From NCBI GenBank assembly GCA_002787155.1, contig PCVY01000064.1:10475-74474 (forward strand): a stretch of 64,000 nt of DNA. The letters run 5' to 3'. Source of the DNA: Candidatus Abzuiibacterium crystallinum (GTDB lineage Bacteria; Omnitrophota; Omnitrophia; Omnitrophales; Abzuiibacteriaceae). Made by a program: the position numbers and the translations under genes. This document shows positions 36,898 through 46,494 of this stretch, piece by piece. Each line of letters begins with the position of its first letter. Position 1 is the stretch's first letter. Under the pieces are notes generated by a model, which was given only the letters and a program-made list of their open reading frames with translations, did not search any database and had not been told where the DNA came from.

Positions 36898-36924
36898 TTT
36901 TGTTAAAAAAGATAAGGAAAAGAT

Positions 36925-38607
36925 ATGAAGTTAAAAGGCGCTAAAATCATGATTAAATGTTTGGAAGATCTGGGCGTGGAATACGTCTTTGGTCTGCCCG
37001 GCGGCGCTATTTTACCGACTTTCGATGCGCTTTATGATTCAAAATTAAAATTGATTTTGGTGAGGCATGAGCAAGGAGCTTCACACATGGCAGATGGTTA
37101 CGCCAGAGCAACCGGTAAACCCGGCGTTTGCATGGTGACCTCCGGCCCGGGCGCAACCAATACCGTGACTGGTTTGGCGACAGCTTATATGGATTCAGTT
37201 CCTGTTATTTGCATCACAGGGCAGGTGGCAACTCATGCGATCGGAAGCGATGCTTTCCAGGAAGCGGATGTGGTGGGTGTCACGCGTCCCGTCACCAAAC
37301 ATAACTATTTGGTGAAGGACGTAAATGACTTAACTCGGATTATGCGGGAGGCGTTTTATGTTGCAACGTCAGGTCGTCCGGGACCTGTGTTGATTGATTT
37401 TCCTGTCGACGTGAGCCGTGCCGAAACAGAATATGTGTTTCCCGAAAAAGTCTCTATCCGTAGTTACAATCCGGTCTTGGAAGGTAACGACGATGACATT
37501 AAATGTGCTGCCGAACTAATTCGTAAGAGTAAGCGGCCTTGCTTGTATGTCGGTGGCGGCGCTATTGGTTCGGGTGCGCGCAAAGAAGTGATTGAACTGG
37601 TTGAGAAAACCGGTATTCCGATTACCACAACCGTTTTGGGACTGGGCATTTTTCCGGAAACCCACACTTCTTCACTTCGGATGCTGGGGATGCATGGGAC
37701 GGTTTATGCGAATTATTCGGTTCAAAAATCAGATTTGTTAATTGCCGTAGGCGCTCGTTTTGATGACCGCGTGACGGGCAAAATCGACTTGTTTGCACCG
37801 CATGCCAAGATTATTCATATGGATATTGACCCGTCATCCATTGCCAAGACGGTTCAGGTGGATGTTTCAATTGTGGGTGATGTGAAACATATTTTAAAAA
37901 AGTTAAACCGTTTGGTCTCGGACAAACGCAAGGCAATGAAACCATGGCTGAAACAAATTGAAGAGTGGAAGCAAAAACATCCTTTGCGTTACACACAGCC
38001 GGATAACGAGAAACTCAGGCAGCAGTTTATCATTGATAAGATTGGGGAAATCACCAATCACAAAGCAGTGGTTACCACGGGTGTGGGCCAACATCAAATG
38101 TGGGCCGCTCAGTGGTATAAATTTACCGCACCACGCAGCATGATTACCTCCGGCGGCTTGGGGACAATGGGCTTTGGATTTCCTTCAGCAATCGGCGCCC
38201 AGTTGGGTCGGCCCGGGGAACCTGTGATTTGCATTGATGGTGATGGCTCATTTCAAATGACCATGTGTGAGTTGGTGACCGCTGCTTATTACAAGATTCC
38301 CGTGAAGGTGTTTATCTTGGACAACGCTTACTTAGGCATGGTGCGGCAATGGCAGGAGCTTTTTTATGAACACCGTTACTCGGGGGTGGATTTGGGACCT
38401 TCTAATCCGGATTTTGTGGCTTTGGCAGAGAGCTGCGGCGTCAAAGGACTTCGGATGGAAAAGAAAGATGAAGTGGTTTCTGTGATTAAGCAAGCCTTGG
38501 CACATGAAGGACCTGTTGTGATACATTGTGTTTGTGCCAAACAAGATAATGTGTACCCAATGGTGCCAACGGGTCAAGCACTTGATTCTGTACTAGATAT
38601 GGCCTAA
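36925..38607 (+). CDS. ilvB: acetolactate synthase large subunit
   Basis: It has a ThDP enzyme architecture with GDGSFQM...N.YLGMVRQWQ. Confidence 0.9.
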   Translation: MKLKGAKIMIKCLEDLGVEYVFGLPGGAILPTFDALYDSKLKLILVRHEQGASHMADGYARATGKPGVCMVTSGPGATNTVTGLATAYMDSVPVICITGQVATHAIGSDAFQEADVVGVTRPVTKHNYLVKDVNDLTRIMREAFYVATSGRPGPVLIDFPVDVSRAETEYVFPEKVSIRSYNPVLEGNDDDIKCAAELIRKSKRPCLYVGGGAIGSGARKEVIELVEKTGIPITTTVLGLGIFPETHTSSLRMLGMHGTVYANYSVQKSDLLIAVGARFDDRVTGKIDLFAPHAKIIHMDIDPSSIAKTVQVDVSIVGDVKHILKKLNRLVSDKRKAMKPWLKQIEEWKQKHPLRYTQPDNEKLRQQFIIDKIGEITNHKAVVTTGVGQHQMWAAQWYKFTAPRSMITSGGLGTMGFGFPSAIGAQLGRPGEPVICIDGDGSFQMTMCELVTAAYYKIPVKVFILDNAYLGMVRQWQELFYEHRYSGVDLGPSNPDFVALAESCGVKGLRMEKKDEVVSVIKQALAHEGPVVIHCVCAKQDNVYPMVPTGQALDSVLDMA

Positions 38608-38658
38608 ATGAGGCTATCACTGGGATGATGATTAATTGACATTGAAGAGGAGTCAAAC

Positions 38659-39207
38659 ATGGTTCACGTTCTGTCGGCGTTGGTTGAAAATCACTTTGGC
38701 GTGTTAGCGCGTGTTTCGGGGCTTTTTTCGGCGCGCGGATTTAACATTGATAGTTTAGCGGTCGGAGAAACGGAAGACCCCACGATTTCCCGCATGACCA
38801 TTGTCGTTCATGGCAATGAACGTGTGTTGGATCAAATTATGAAACAATTGAGCAAATTAATCGACATTATTCATGTCGAAGATCTCACAGGGTATGAAAG
38901 TATTGAGCGTGAATTATTATTAATTAAGATTTCAGCCAATGCAACCAACCGAGCTAATGTGATGCAGATTGTTAACACGTTCAGGGGGAAGGTGGTTGAT
39001 TTGAGCCCCAAATCATTGGCCATTGAAGTGACAGGCACAAAAAGCAAAGTGGATGCGATTATTGAACTTTTGAGGCCCTTTGGCATTATTGAAGTGGTGC
39101 GAACAGGCACCATTGCGCTGGCGCGCAAATTGGAATTAAAATTATCGGCATCCCGAACGGGAAAGAAAAAGTCTGCAAAAAAGAAAACGAGCAAAAGTCG
39201 TCAGTAA
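38659..39207 (+). CDS. ilvN: acetolactate synthase small (regulatory) subunit
   Basis: It has an ACT domain with the start HVLSALVENHFGVLARVSGLFSARGFNI. Confidence 0.88.
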   Translation: MVHVLSALVENHFGVLARVSGLFSARGFNIDSLAVGETEDPTISRMTIVVHGNERVLDQIMKQLSKLIDIIHVEDLTGYESIERELLLIKISANATNRANVMQIVNTFRGKVVDLSPKSLAIEVTGTKSKVDAIIELLRPFGIIEVVRTGTIALARKLELKLSASRTGKKKSAKKKTSKSRQ

Positions 39208-39225
39208 TCTTGGAGGTTTGTTTTT

Positions 39226-40257
39226 ATGATCAAAATTTATTATGACAAAGACGCCGATCTAAATTTACTGAAAGGCAAAAAGGTTGCTATCGTTGGTTAT
39301 GGTATTCAAGGCCGCGGTCAGGGACTTAATTTGCGTGATTCCGGTGTTGAAGTGATCATTGCCCAGCGTAAAGGCGGTAAAAATTATGACATTGCCGTTG
39401 AAGATGGTTTTCAGCCGGTCAGCGCCCGTGAGGCAGCTGAACAAGCAGATCTGATTCAGATTCTGACCCAGGACCATCTCCAGGCAGAAATTTACCACCA
39501 GGATATTGCGCCGGTCTTAAAAGAGGGTAAGTCGCTTGTTTTTTCGCACGGGTTTAACATTCATTTTGGTTACATTAAACCGCCCAAGACAGTAGATGTT
39601 TTTATGGTAGCACCCAAGGGCCCTGGTGCTTTGGTGCGAACACAATTTTTGGCGGGCGGTGGCGTGCCCTGTCTCTTAGCGGTTCACCAGAATGTCAGCG
39701 GTCAAGCAGCCGGAATTGGTTTGGCTTACGCAAAAGCCATCGGCGGTACACGCGCAGGCGTGATCGAAACTAATTTTAAAGAAGAAACCGAGACTGATTT
39801 GTTTGGCGAGCAAGTCGTCCTTTGCGGCGGTTTATCTGAATTAATTCGTGCTGGTTTTGAAACCTTAGTTGAAGCAGGTTATGCGCCTGAAATGGCCTAC
39901 TTCGAATGCTTGCATGAAGTGAAGTTAATCACAGATGCGGTATTTGCCGGCGGTATTTCGGGAATGCATCGCCGCGTTTCTGATACGGCCGAGTATGGCG
40001 ATTATACACGCGGAAAACGCGTTATTAACCCGCAAGCCCGGCAGGAAATGAAAAAGATTCTTTCTGAAATCCAGTCAGGCGCTTTTGCAAAAGAATGGAT
40101 TGAAGAAAATAAAAAAGGCAGACCTCAATATAAAAAATTGCGCGATGCTTGTGATGCGCACCAAATTGAGAAAGTGGGCGCTCAATTACGGGGGATGATG
40201 CCTTGGATTGCAGCATCGCTTGAGCAGAAAACGAAACAGCCTTCACACTCAAGATGA
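39226..40257 (+). CDS. ilvC: ketol-acid reductoisomerase
   Basis: It has a Rossmann motif [17 protein letters not shown] and is a class I KARI. Confidence 0.9.
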   Translation: MIKIYYDKDADLNLLKGKKVAIVGYGIQGRGQGLNLRDSGVEVIIAQRKGGKNYDIAVEDGFQPVSAREAAEQADLIQILTQDHLQAEIYHQDIAPVLKEGKSLVFSHGFNIHFGYIKPPKTVDVFMVAPKGPGALVRTQFLAGGGVPCLLAVHQNVSGQAAGIGLAYAKAIGGTRAGVIETNFKEETETDLFGEQVVLCGGLSELIRAGFETLVEAGYAPEMAYFECLHEVKLITDAVFAGGISGMHRRVSDTAEYGDYTRGKRVINPQARQEMKKILSEIQSGAFAKEWIEENKKGRPQYKKLRDACDAHQIEKVGAQLRGMMPWIAASLEQKTKQPSHSR

Positions 40258-40340
40258 TGGTCAGTGTGGATGAGTTCTTAATTGTTTTAGATTAAGCGGT
40301 AAAAGGGACACACAATGACCGGAAAAGATTTAGATGGCCT

Positions 40341-41891
40341 ATGTCGACAAACAATAGAAAAATTTATATTTTTGATACCACCTTACGGGATGGCGAACAA
40401 TGTCCCGGCGCTTCCCTTACGCCCGATGAAAAAGTTGAGGTTGCGAAGCAATTAGAACGCCTCAACGTTGATATCATCGAGGCCGGTTTCCCGGCAGCCT
40501 CTCCGGGCGAAATCGAAGCCATTCAGAAAGTTTCCAAGGTTGTTCGGACACCCATTATTTGCGGTTTGGCACGCATGGTGGAAAAAGACATTGATGCTGT
40601 CCGCCAGGCTTTGCGTTTTGCCAAACGAAAACGGCTTCACGTCTTCTTGGCAACTTCGAAAATTCACCGCGATTTCAAGCTTCATAAAGACACAAGCGAA
40701 ATCTTAAAATTAGCCGTCCGGAACATCCGTTACGGCAAGAAATTCTTTGACGATATCGAATTTTCTCCGGAAGATGCTTCACGGACCGAAAGAGATTTTT
40801 TGGTTGAAGTGGTAGGCGCTGCCGTGGAAGCCGGCGCTACCACGGTGAATATTCCGGATACGGTTGGCTATGCTTTGCCTACGGAATTCGGTCAGTTAAT
40901 CGCCTATTTGGTCGAACAAATTCCGGCATTGGGAAAAACAGTTAATCTGTCGGTTCATTGCCATAATGATCTTGGTTTGGCAGTTGCTAATTCGTTATCA
41001 GCGATTCAAAACGGAGCCAACCAAGTTGAGTGTACCGTCAATGGCATCGGTGAGCGCGCCGGCAATGCTGCCATGGAAGAAATTGTCATGACCCTCAACA
41101 CCCGCAAAGACAATTTCTCTGACAATTGTTATACGGATGTCAAGACGAAAGAGATTACGAAAGCTTCTCGTTTGGTTTCTCGTTTGACCGGCATGGTGGT
41201 GCAGCCGAACAAAGCCATTGTCGGGCGAAATGCTTTTTCGCATGAATCGGGTATTCATCAAGACGGGATCTTAAAATTGCGTCAAACCTACGAAATCATC
41301 GATCCAAAAGATGTGGGTTTGTCGGGCAGCCAATTAATTTTAGGTAAACACTCGGGGCGGCATGCCTTCCGCGAACGGCTTGAGAAATTGAATTTTCACT
41401 TGAGTGTTAAACAAATAGACGTTGCTTTTAAACGTTTTAAGGATTTGGCAGATCAAAAAAAATATGTTTTTGATCAAGACATTGAAGCTTTGGTGGAGGA
41501 ACAGATATCAAAGATTCCGGAAACATGGCAATTGGTTTATTTGAACACCTCAAGCGGTACGAAAGCAAAGCCAAAAGCCGAAATTCATTTGAAGCGTCAA
41601 AAAAAGGTTTACAAAGCTTCCTCCAGCGGCGACGGACAAGTGGACGCTTGTTATAAAGCGATTGAAAAGATTCTCAAAATGAAATTGAAGTTAGTTGATT
41701 ATTCCATTCAATCGGTGACAAGCGGTAAAGATGCTGTCGGTGAAGTCAATGTGAAGTTGTTGCATCAAAACAGGGAAGTGAGCGGCCGCGGAACCAGTAC
41801 AGATGTGATTGAAGCCAGCGTGAAGGCTTATTTGTTTGCCGTCAATAAAATTTGCTCACAGCAAATTAGAACCAAACTGGCACCTGTTTAA
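40341..41891 (+). CDS. leuA: 2-isopropylmalate synthase
   Basis: It has DTTLRDGEQ and HCHNDLGLAVANSLSA (DRE-TIM) motifs and a C-terminal LeuA regulatory domain. Confidence 0.9.
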   Translation: MSTNNRKIYIFDTTLRDGEQCPGASLTPDEKVEVAKQLERLNVDIIEAGFPAASPGEIEAIQKVSKVVRTPIICGLARMVEKDIDAVRQALRFAKRKRLHVFLATSKIHRDFKLHKDTSEILKLAVRNIRYGKKFFDDIEFSPEDASRTERDFLVEVVGAAVEAGATTVNIPDTVGYALPTEFGQLIAYLVEQIPALGKTVNLSVHCHNDLGLAVANSLSAIQNGANQVECTVNGIGERAGNAAMEEIVMTLNTRKDNFSDNCYTDVKTKEITKASRLVSRLTGMVVQPNKAIVGRNAFSHESGIHQDGILKLRQTYEIIDPKDVGLSGSQLILGKHSGRHAFRERLEKLNFHLSVKQIDVAFKRFKDLADQKKYVFDQDIEALVEEQISKIPETWQLVYLNTSSGTKAKPKAEIHLKRQKKVYKASSSGDGQVDACYKAIEKILKMKLKLVDYSIQSVTSGKDAVGEVNVKLLHQNREVSGRGTSTDVIEASVKAYLFAVNKICSQQIRTKLAPV

Positions 41892-41962
41892 GAAACGTTT
41901 GGCAGGCCCTTGGGGGCTCATGGTCAAACATCACAAAAGCAAAAATAGGTTGGGGTCGGTGC

Positions 41963-42823
41963 ATGTTGAATGAAGAAGTGAAGGTGTTTGGATTATTTGG
42001 ATATCCACTTTCACATTCACTTTCGCCAGCAATGCAAAATGCGGCGCTGAGAACCGCCGGCATTCCGGGTGTTTACCTTGCCTTCGAACGTGACCGCCGG
42101 CATTTTTTAAGGTTGCTGAGAAATCGCCGGAAGTTGATTTTAGACGGGTTTAACCTAACCGTTCCCCACAAAGAAACCATACTGCCGTTTTTAGATCGGA
42201 TTGACCAAGTCGCAAAGGATGTCGGAGCGGTCAACACGGTTAAGCGGGCAGGAAAGCATTGGATTGGTTTCAACACAGATGTGGACGGGTTTTTGCGGGC
42301 GCTTCAAGAAGCTGGGTTGCGCCTCAAAGGAAAGAAGACCTTGCTATTGGGTGCCGGCGGTGCGGCAAAAGCGGCTGCTTATGCATTGGTTTGGAAAGGT
42401 GTCCGGGAACTTCGTATTTTTAATCGGACCCAAAACCGCGGGCGACAATTGTGCCGAGTGATCCAAAAAAAATTTCCGCACTCAAAAGTCATGCATGTGC
42501 GTAACAAGTCGGAGTTGAAACAAGCATTGTTTGAAACGGATTTGCTGGTCAATGCGACCAGCGCGGGATTGAGACATCAAAGTCAGCCGCTGATCCCTCG
42601 ATCGTTATGGCCAAAAGGAAAAAGAGTTTTTGTCTTTGATATGATGTATGGCCGCCGGCCGACCGAGTTAATTCGTACAGCCAAGCGTTTAAGACACCGG
42701 ACCCTTGATGGCGAAACCATGTTACTTCATCAAGGCGCGAGAGCATTTGAAATTTGGACAGGGCGGAAAGCGCCCTTGGCAGTCATGAGAAAGGCGTTGC
42801 GGCATGCAATCATGGGTTCCTGA
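41963..42823 (+). CDS. aroE: shikimate dehydrogenase
   Basis: It has GLFGYPLSHSLSP.MQNAA and NLTVPHK motifs and a GAGGAAKA NADP site. Confidence 0.88.
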   Translation: MLNEEVKVFGLFGYPLSHSLSPAMQNAALRTAGIPGVYLAFERDRRHFLRLLRNRRKLILDGFNLTVPHKETILPFLDRIDQVAKDVGAVNTVKRAGKHWIGFNTDVDGFLRALQEAGLRLKGKKTLLLGAGGAAKAAAYALVWKGVRELRIFNRTQNRGRQLCRVIQKKFPHSKVMHVRNKSELKQALFETDLLVNATSAGLRHQSQPLIPRSLWPKGKRVFVFDMMYGRRPTELIRTAKRLRHRTLDGETMLLHQGARAFEIWTGRKAPLAVMRKALRHAIMGS

Positions 42824-43592
42824 CGTATTTTTGTTTTTGTGGGGTATTTTCGTGGGCAGTTTCTTAAACGTTTGCGTGCACCGTTTTCTGAAAGAAGAAT
42901 CCATTATTGCACCCAGATCTTATTGTCCCAATTGTCGCAAATCCATTGCTTGGTATGACAATATTCCGCTGATCAGTTATATTCTGCTGGGCGGCCGATG
43001 TCGAAATTGTCATTTGCCGATTGCAATGCGTTATTTTTTCGTAGAATTGTTAACAGGTTTAATTTTTCTGGGATCCGTGCGTTATTTTGGCTGGACGGCG
43101 CAAGGGGGGGCGAGCATTGTTCTTTTAACGCTTTTACTTGGTATCAGCGCTGCTGATTTGGAAGAACAAATTATTCCGGATGAGATGAGTTTGTCGGGGA
43201 TTCTGTTGGGATGGCTTTTTAGTGTCACATTTCCGACCCTGCAGTCGGAGACAAGCCGCTGGATGGCATTGGGTCAAAGTTTTCTGGGGGCGCTTGTGGG
43301 CGGCGGTATGATTTATCTGACCGGTGTATTTGGCCAATTTGTGTTTCGCAAGGAAAGCATGGGAGGCGGAGATGTGAAGTTGATGGCCATGCTCGGAGCT
43401 TTTCTCGGATGGGCAAACGTACTCATGGTCTTTTTTATTGCACCTTTTTTAGCTTTGCCGATTGGGTTATACGTGAAATTTAAGAAAAAAGAAGAATACA
43501 TTCCGTTCGGGCCTTTTCTATCGTTGGGCGGTGTTCTGGTTTTATTTTTTGGCGAGCCTTTAATTAGAATTTTTTTTCATTATTACTTTTAA
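42804..43592 (+). CDS. type IV prepilin-like leader peptidase (A24 family)
   Basis: It has an N-terminal Cys tetrad (CPNC...CRNC) and TM-rich catalytic Asp motifs. It is embedded between aroE and aroC. Confidence 0.8.
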   Translation: MQSWVPDVFLFLWGIFVGSFLNVCVHRFLKEESIIAPRSYCPNCRKSIAWYDNIPLISYILLGGRCRNCHLPIAMRYFFVELLTGLIFLGSVRYFGWTAQGGASIVLLTLLLGISAADLEEQIIPDEMSLSGILLGWLFSVTFPTLQSETSRWMALGQSFLGALVGGGMIYLTGVFGQFVFRKESMGGGDVKLMAMLGAFLGWANVLMVFFIAPFLALPIGLYVKFKKKEEYIPFGPFLSLGGVLVLFFGEPLIRIFFHYYF

Positions 43593-43609
43593 CGAAAGGT
43601 TAATTCGAT

Positions 43610-44740
43610 ATGGGTAGAATCTTACAATTCATGACGGCAGGGGAATCGCACGGCGCCTACATGTCAGCCATCCTTCAGGGCGTGCCCAGCGGGCTTGCGA
43701 TTGATCATGCTTTCATCAAAGGCGAATTGGCACGCCGGCAACAAGGTTATGGACGCGGTGGACGGCAGAAAATTGAGCAAGACGAAGTGGCGCTCACAGC
43801 AGGCCTTTATCAAGGTAAAACAATCGGTGCTCCGATTGCTTTCTTATTGGCTAATAAGGATGTTAAAATCGATAAATTACCGCAACTCTTCAGGCCTAGG
43901 CCGGGACATGCGGATTTGGCCGGCTGCTTAAAGTATGACCAAGGGATTCGCGAAATTCTTGAGCGCGCCAGTGCCCGTGAAACCGTTATGCGGGTTTCTG
44001 TGGGAGCACTCGCTAAATTATTCTTGAAAGAGTTTGGCATCGAAATTATTTCCCATGTGGTTCAGATTGGGTCGGTGAGGCTGGAAGAAAAAGAATTATC
44101 GTTTCACGACATCGTGAAAGGTGTGAAGGGATCGGAAGTGAATTGCATTTGTGAAAAAACGAGCCGGAAAATGATGGCCGAAATTGACCAAGCATTGAAA
44201 GACCGTAATACTCGTGGCGGTGTTTTTGAAGTGCGCGCCAAGGGGATACCGGTCGGTTTGGGCTCGCATGTTCATTACGAGCGTAAATTAGATGCGCGGA
44301 TTGCCATGGGGCTCATTTCGCTTCAGTCAGTCAAAGCAGTTGAATTCGGTTTAGGTCATCGATTGGCGGCAACTCCGGGGTTGAAAGCGCACGATGAAAT
44401 TGCTCATCAGAAAAACAAGGGTTATTACCATCTCACCAATCGCGCCGGCGGCATTGAAGGCGGTATGAGCAACGGGGAAGAAATAGTGGTAAGTGCTACC
44501 ATGAAACCCATTTCCACTTTAAGACAGCCGTTAAAATCGGTCAACATGAAGACCAAAGAGGTTGAGCGTGCAGATTTTGAACGTTCGGATATATGCGCGG
44601 TTCCCGCAGGCGGTGTGATTGGAGAAGCCATTGTGGCTTTCGAACTGGCGGATGCTTTTCTTGAGAAATTCGGCGGTGATTCGCTGAATGAAACCAAACG
44701 TCATTACGATCAATACCTCAAGTATTTAAGTAAGCGTTGA
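43610..44740 (+). CDS. aroC: chorismate synthase
   Basis: It has GESHG, RPGHAD and GRSSARET-like motifs. Confidence 0.9.
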   Translation: MGRILQFMTAGESHGAYMSAILQGVPSGLAIDHAFIKGELARRQQGYGRGGRQKIEQDEVALTAGLYQGKTIGAPIAFLLANKDVKIDKLPQLFRPRPGHADLAGCLKYDQGIREILERASARETVMRVSVGALAKLFLKEFGIEIISHVVQIGSVRLEEKELSFHDIVKGVKGSEVNCICEKTSRKMMAEIDQALKDRNTRGGVFEVRAKGIPVGLGSHVHYERKLDARIAMGLISLQSVKAVEFGLGHRLAATPGLKAHDEIAHQKNKGYYHLTNRAGGIEGGMSNGEEIVVSATMKPISTLRQPLKSVNMKTKEVERADFERSDICAVPAGGVIGEAIVAFELADAFLEKFGGDSLNETKRHYDQYLKYLSKR

Positions 44741-45243
44741 TGAAACATATTTTTCTAATCGGCATGATGGGTTCGGGGAAATCCTCAACCGCCGTTGCTC
44801 TTGCTCAACGGTTGCAAATGCCATGTGAAGATTTGGACACCAGCATTGAACACATTGGCGAACAAACGGTCAAGCAAATCTTTGAAGACAAAGGCGAACT
44901 ACACTTTCGGCAGTTAGAAAAATTGGCGCTGAGAGAGGCTGTGAAAAAATCCAGCCGGGTCATTGCGACGGGCGGCGGTATTATTTTGGATCAATCGAAC
45001 ATTAATCTGATGAAATCGGCGGGGACAATCGTCTTTTTACGCACATCACTTCAAATGCTTTTGAGCCGGCTGCAGAATACGGCTGATCGTCCCTTATTGG
45101 GTTCTGATCATCCTCAAGTTGCTTTGGAAAAAATCTGGCATGAACGCGCTTCACTTTATGAAACAGCCGCTGATTTGATTGCGGATACAGATGGGAAGAC
45201 AGCCGATGAAGTGGCAGGAGATATTGAAGGCTTGTTAACATGA
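44740..45243 (+). CDS. aroK: shikimate kinase
   Basis: It has a P-loop GMMGSGKSS. The ATG overlaps the aroC stop (ATGA). Confidence 0.88.
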   Translation: MKHIFLIGMMGSGKSSTAVALAQRLQMPCEDLDTSIEHIGEQTVKQIFEDKGELHFRQLEKLALREAVKKSSRVIATGGGIILDQSNINLMKSAGTIVFLRTSLQMLLSRLQNTADRPLLGSDHPQVALEKIWHERASLYETAADLIADTDGKTADEVAGDIEGLLT

Positions 45244-46385
45244 AAACAGTCAAAGTACGTTTACAGTCGCATGCTTATGACGTCAGAATTGGCAAAGGGT
45301 TGATTCGCCAATTGGGTATTTATTTAAAGCAATTAAAAGCGGGACCACGCATTTTGCTTGTGTCAAGCCGTGATATTGTGCGCCAAACACGTTTGACACC
45401 CTTTTTGAGCCGGTTATTGACTCGGAACGGTTTTCAAGTCTTTCATTATGAATTTGTCCGCGGACATGAAACGGACAAATCAATCAAAGGCCTCACGTCA
45501 TTATGGCGCGCGATGTATCAGGCGAAGCTTGATCGTTCGAGCACCGTGATAGCGGTTGGCGGCGGGGTGATTGGAGATGTCACAGGTTTTGCGGCTGCAA
45601 CTTATTTACGCGGTATTCGTCTGGTTCAAATACCGACAACGCTTTTGAGTCAGGTAGATAGTGCTATCGGCGGCAAAACAGCTATTGATTTTGAAGGTGG
45701 TAAAAATCTAATCGGTGCTTTTTATCAACCCGCGTTGGTAGTAGCTGATATCGATTTGTTGCGCACCCTATCAGCCGATGTTTTTCGCGACTCATTTGCT
45801 GAGGTTGTAAAATATGGGGTGATCCAAGACGTGACTTTGTTTAAGAAGCTCGAAACCAAAGGGCGCGTTTTGATGGATCATGTGAGCCAAAATGTGCTGA
45901 ATGTGTATGATTTTCGTTTTCTGGAAGAAGTGGTGTATCGATGTGTCCGCGTGAAAGCGGGGGTGGTTTCACGCGATGAACGTGAAACGAAGGGCTTGAG
46001 GACCATGTTAAATTATGGTCATACATTTGCACATGTCTTAGAAAGCCTTTCCAATTACCGTTTGACGCACGGTAAAGCAGTCGGCATCGGGATGGTAATG
46101 GCTGCTCAGCTGTCTTTTCGTTTAGGGCTGGTGCAGCACGCTTTTGTGGACCGCCAGCAAGCGCTGCTTAGGAAGATGCAGCTTGCAAGTTCTCTCGGCA
46201 GACAGGTGTTTGGTAAACCTGTGAAGCGGGAACGTGTGAAGGCTTTATTTTTTCGTGATAAAAAAGTTTCGAAAGGAAAAATTAAATTAGTACTACCGAC
46301 TCGATTAGGGCAGGTCAAAACCGTGATGCTTCGTCCTGCGGATTGGCAGTATGTGCACGATGGTTTTAAGCAAATTGGATTGTAA
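45240..46385 (+). CDS. aroB: 3-dehydroquinate synthase
   Basis: It has GGGVIGD NAD-binding and metal-binding His motifs. It overlaps aroK by 4 nt. Confidence 0.88.
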   Translation: MKTVKVRLQSHAYDVRIGKGLIRQLGIYLKQLKAGPRILLVSSRDIVRQTRLTPFLSRLLTRNGFQVFHYEFVRGHETDKSIKGLTSLWRAMYQAKLDRSSTVIAVGGGVIGDVTGFAAATYLRGIRLVQIPTTLLSQVDSAIGGKTAIDFEGGKNLIGAFYQPALVVADIDLLRTLSADVFRDSFAEVVKYGVIQDVTLFKKLETKGRVLMDHVSQNVLNVYDFRFLEEVVYRCVRVKAGVVSRDERETKGLRTMLNYGHTFAHVLESLSNYRLTHGKAVGIGMVMAAQLSFRLGLVQHAFVDRQQALLRKMQLASSLGRQVFGKPVKRERVKALFFRDKKVSKGKIKLVLPTRLGQVKTVMLRPADWQYVHDGFKQIGL

Positions 46386-46494
46386 AATGAAGAACTGGAA
46401 TTACGTCATCGGTTTTGTGTTGGGTTTTGGTTTGGTTCAGGTAGCCAAATGGGCCAGTACAAATTACCTATGGATTTTATTTCATCGTTAATGA

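Noticed and set aside
36898-36924. A possible ilv leader peptide or attenuator upstream of ilvB, and a T-box-like leader
   Set aside because: Only 27 nt of intergenic sequence precede ilvB. There is no leader ORF rich in Ile/Val/Leu codons and no terminator/antiterminator pair.
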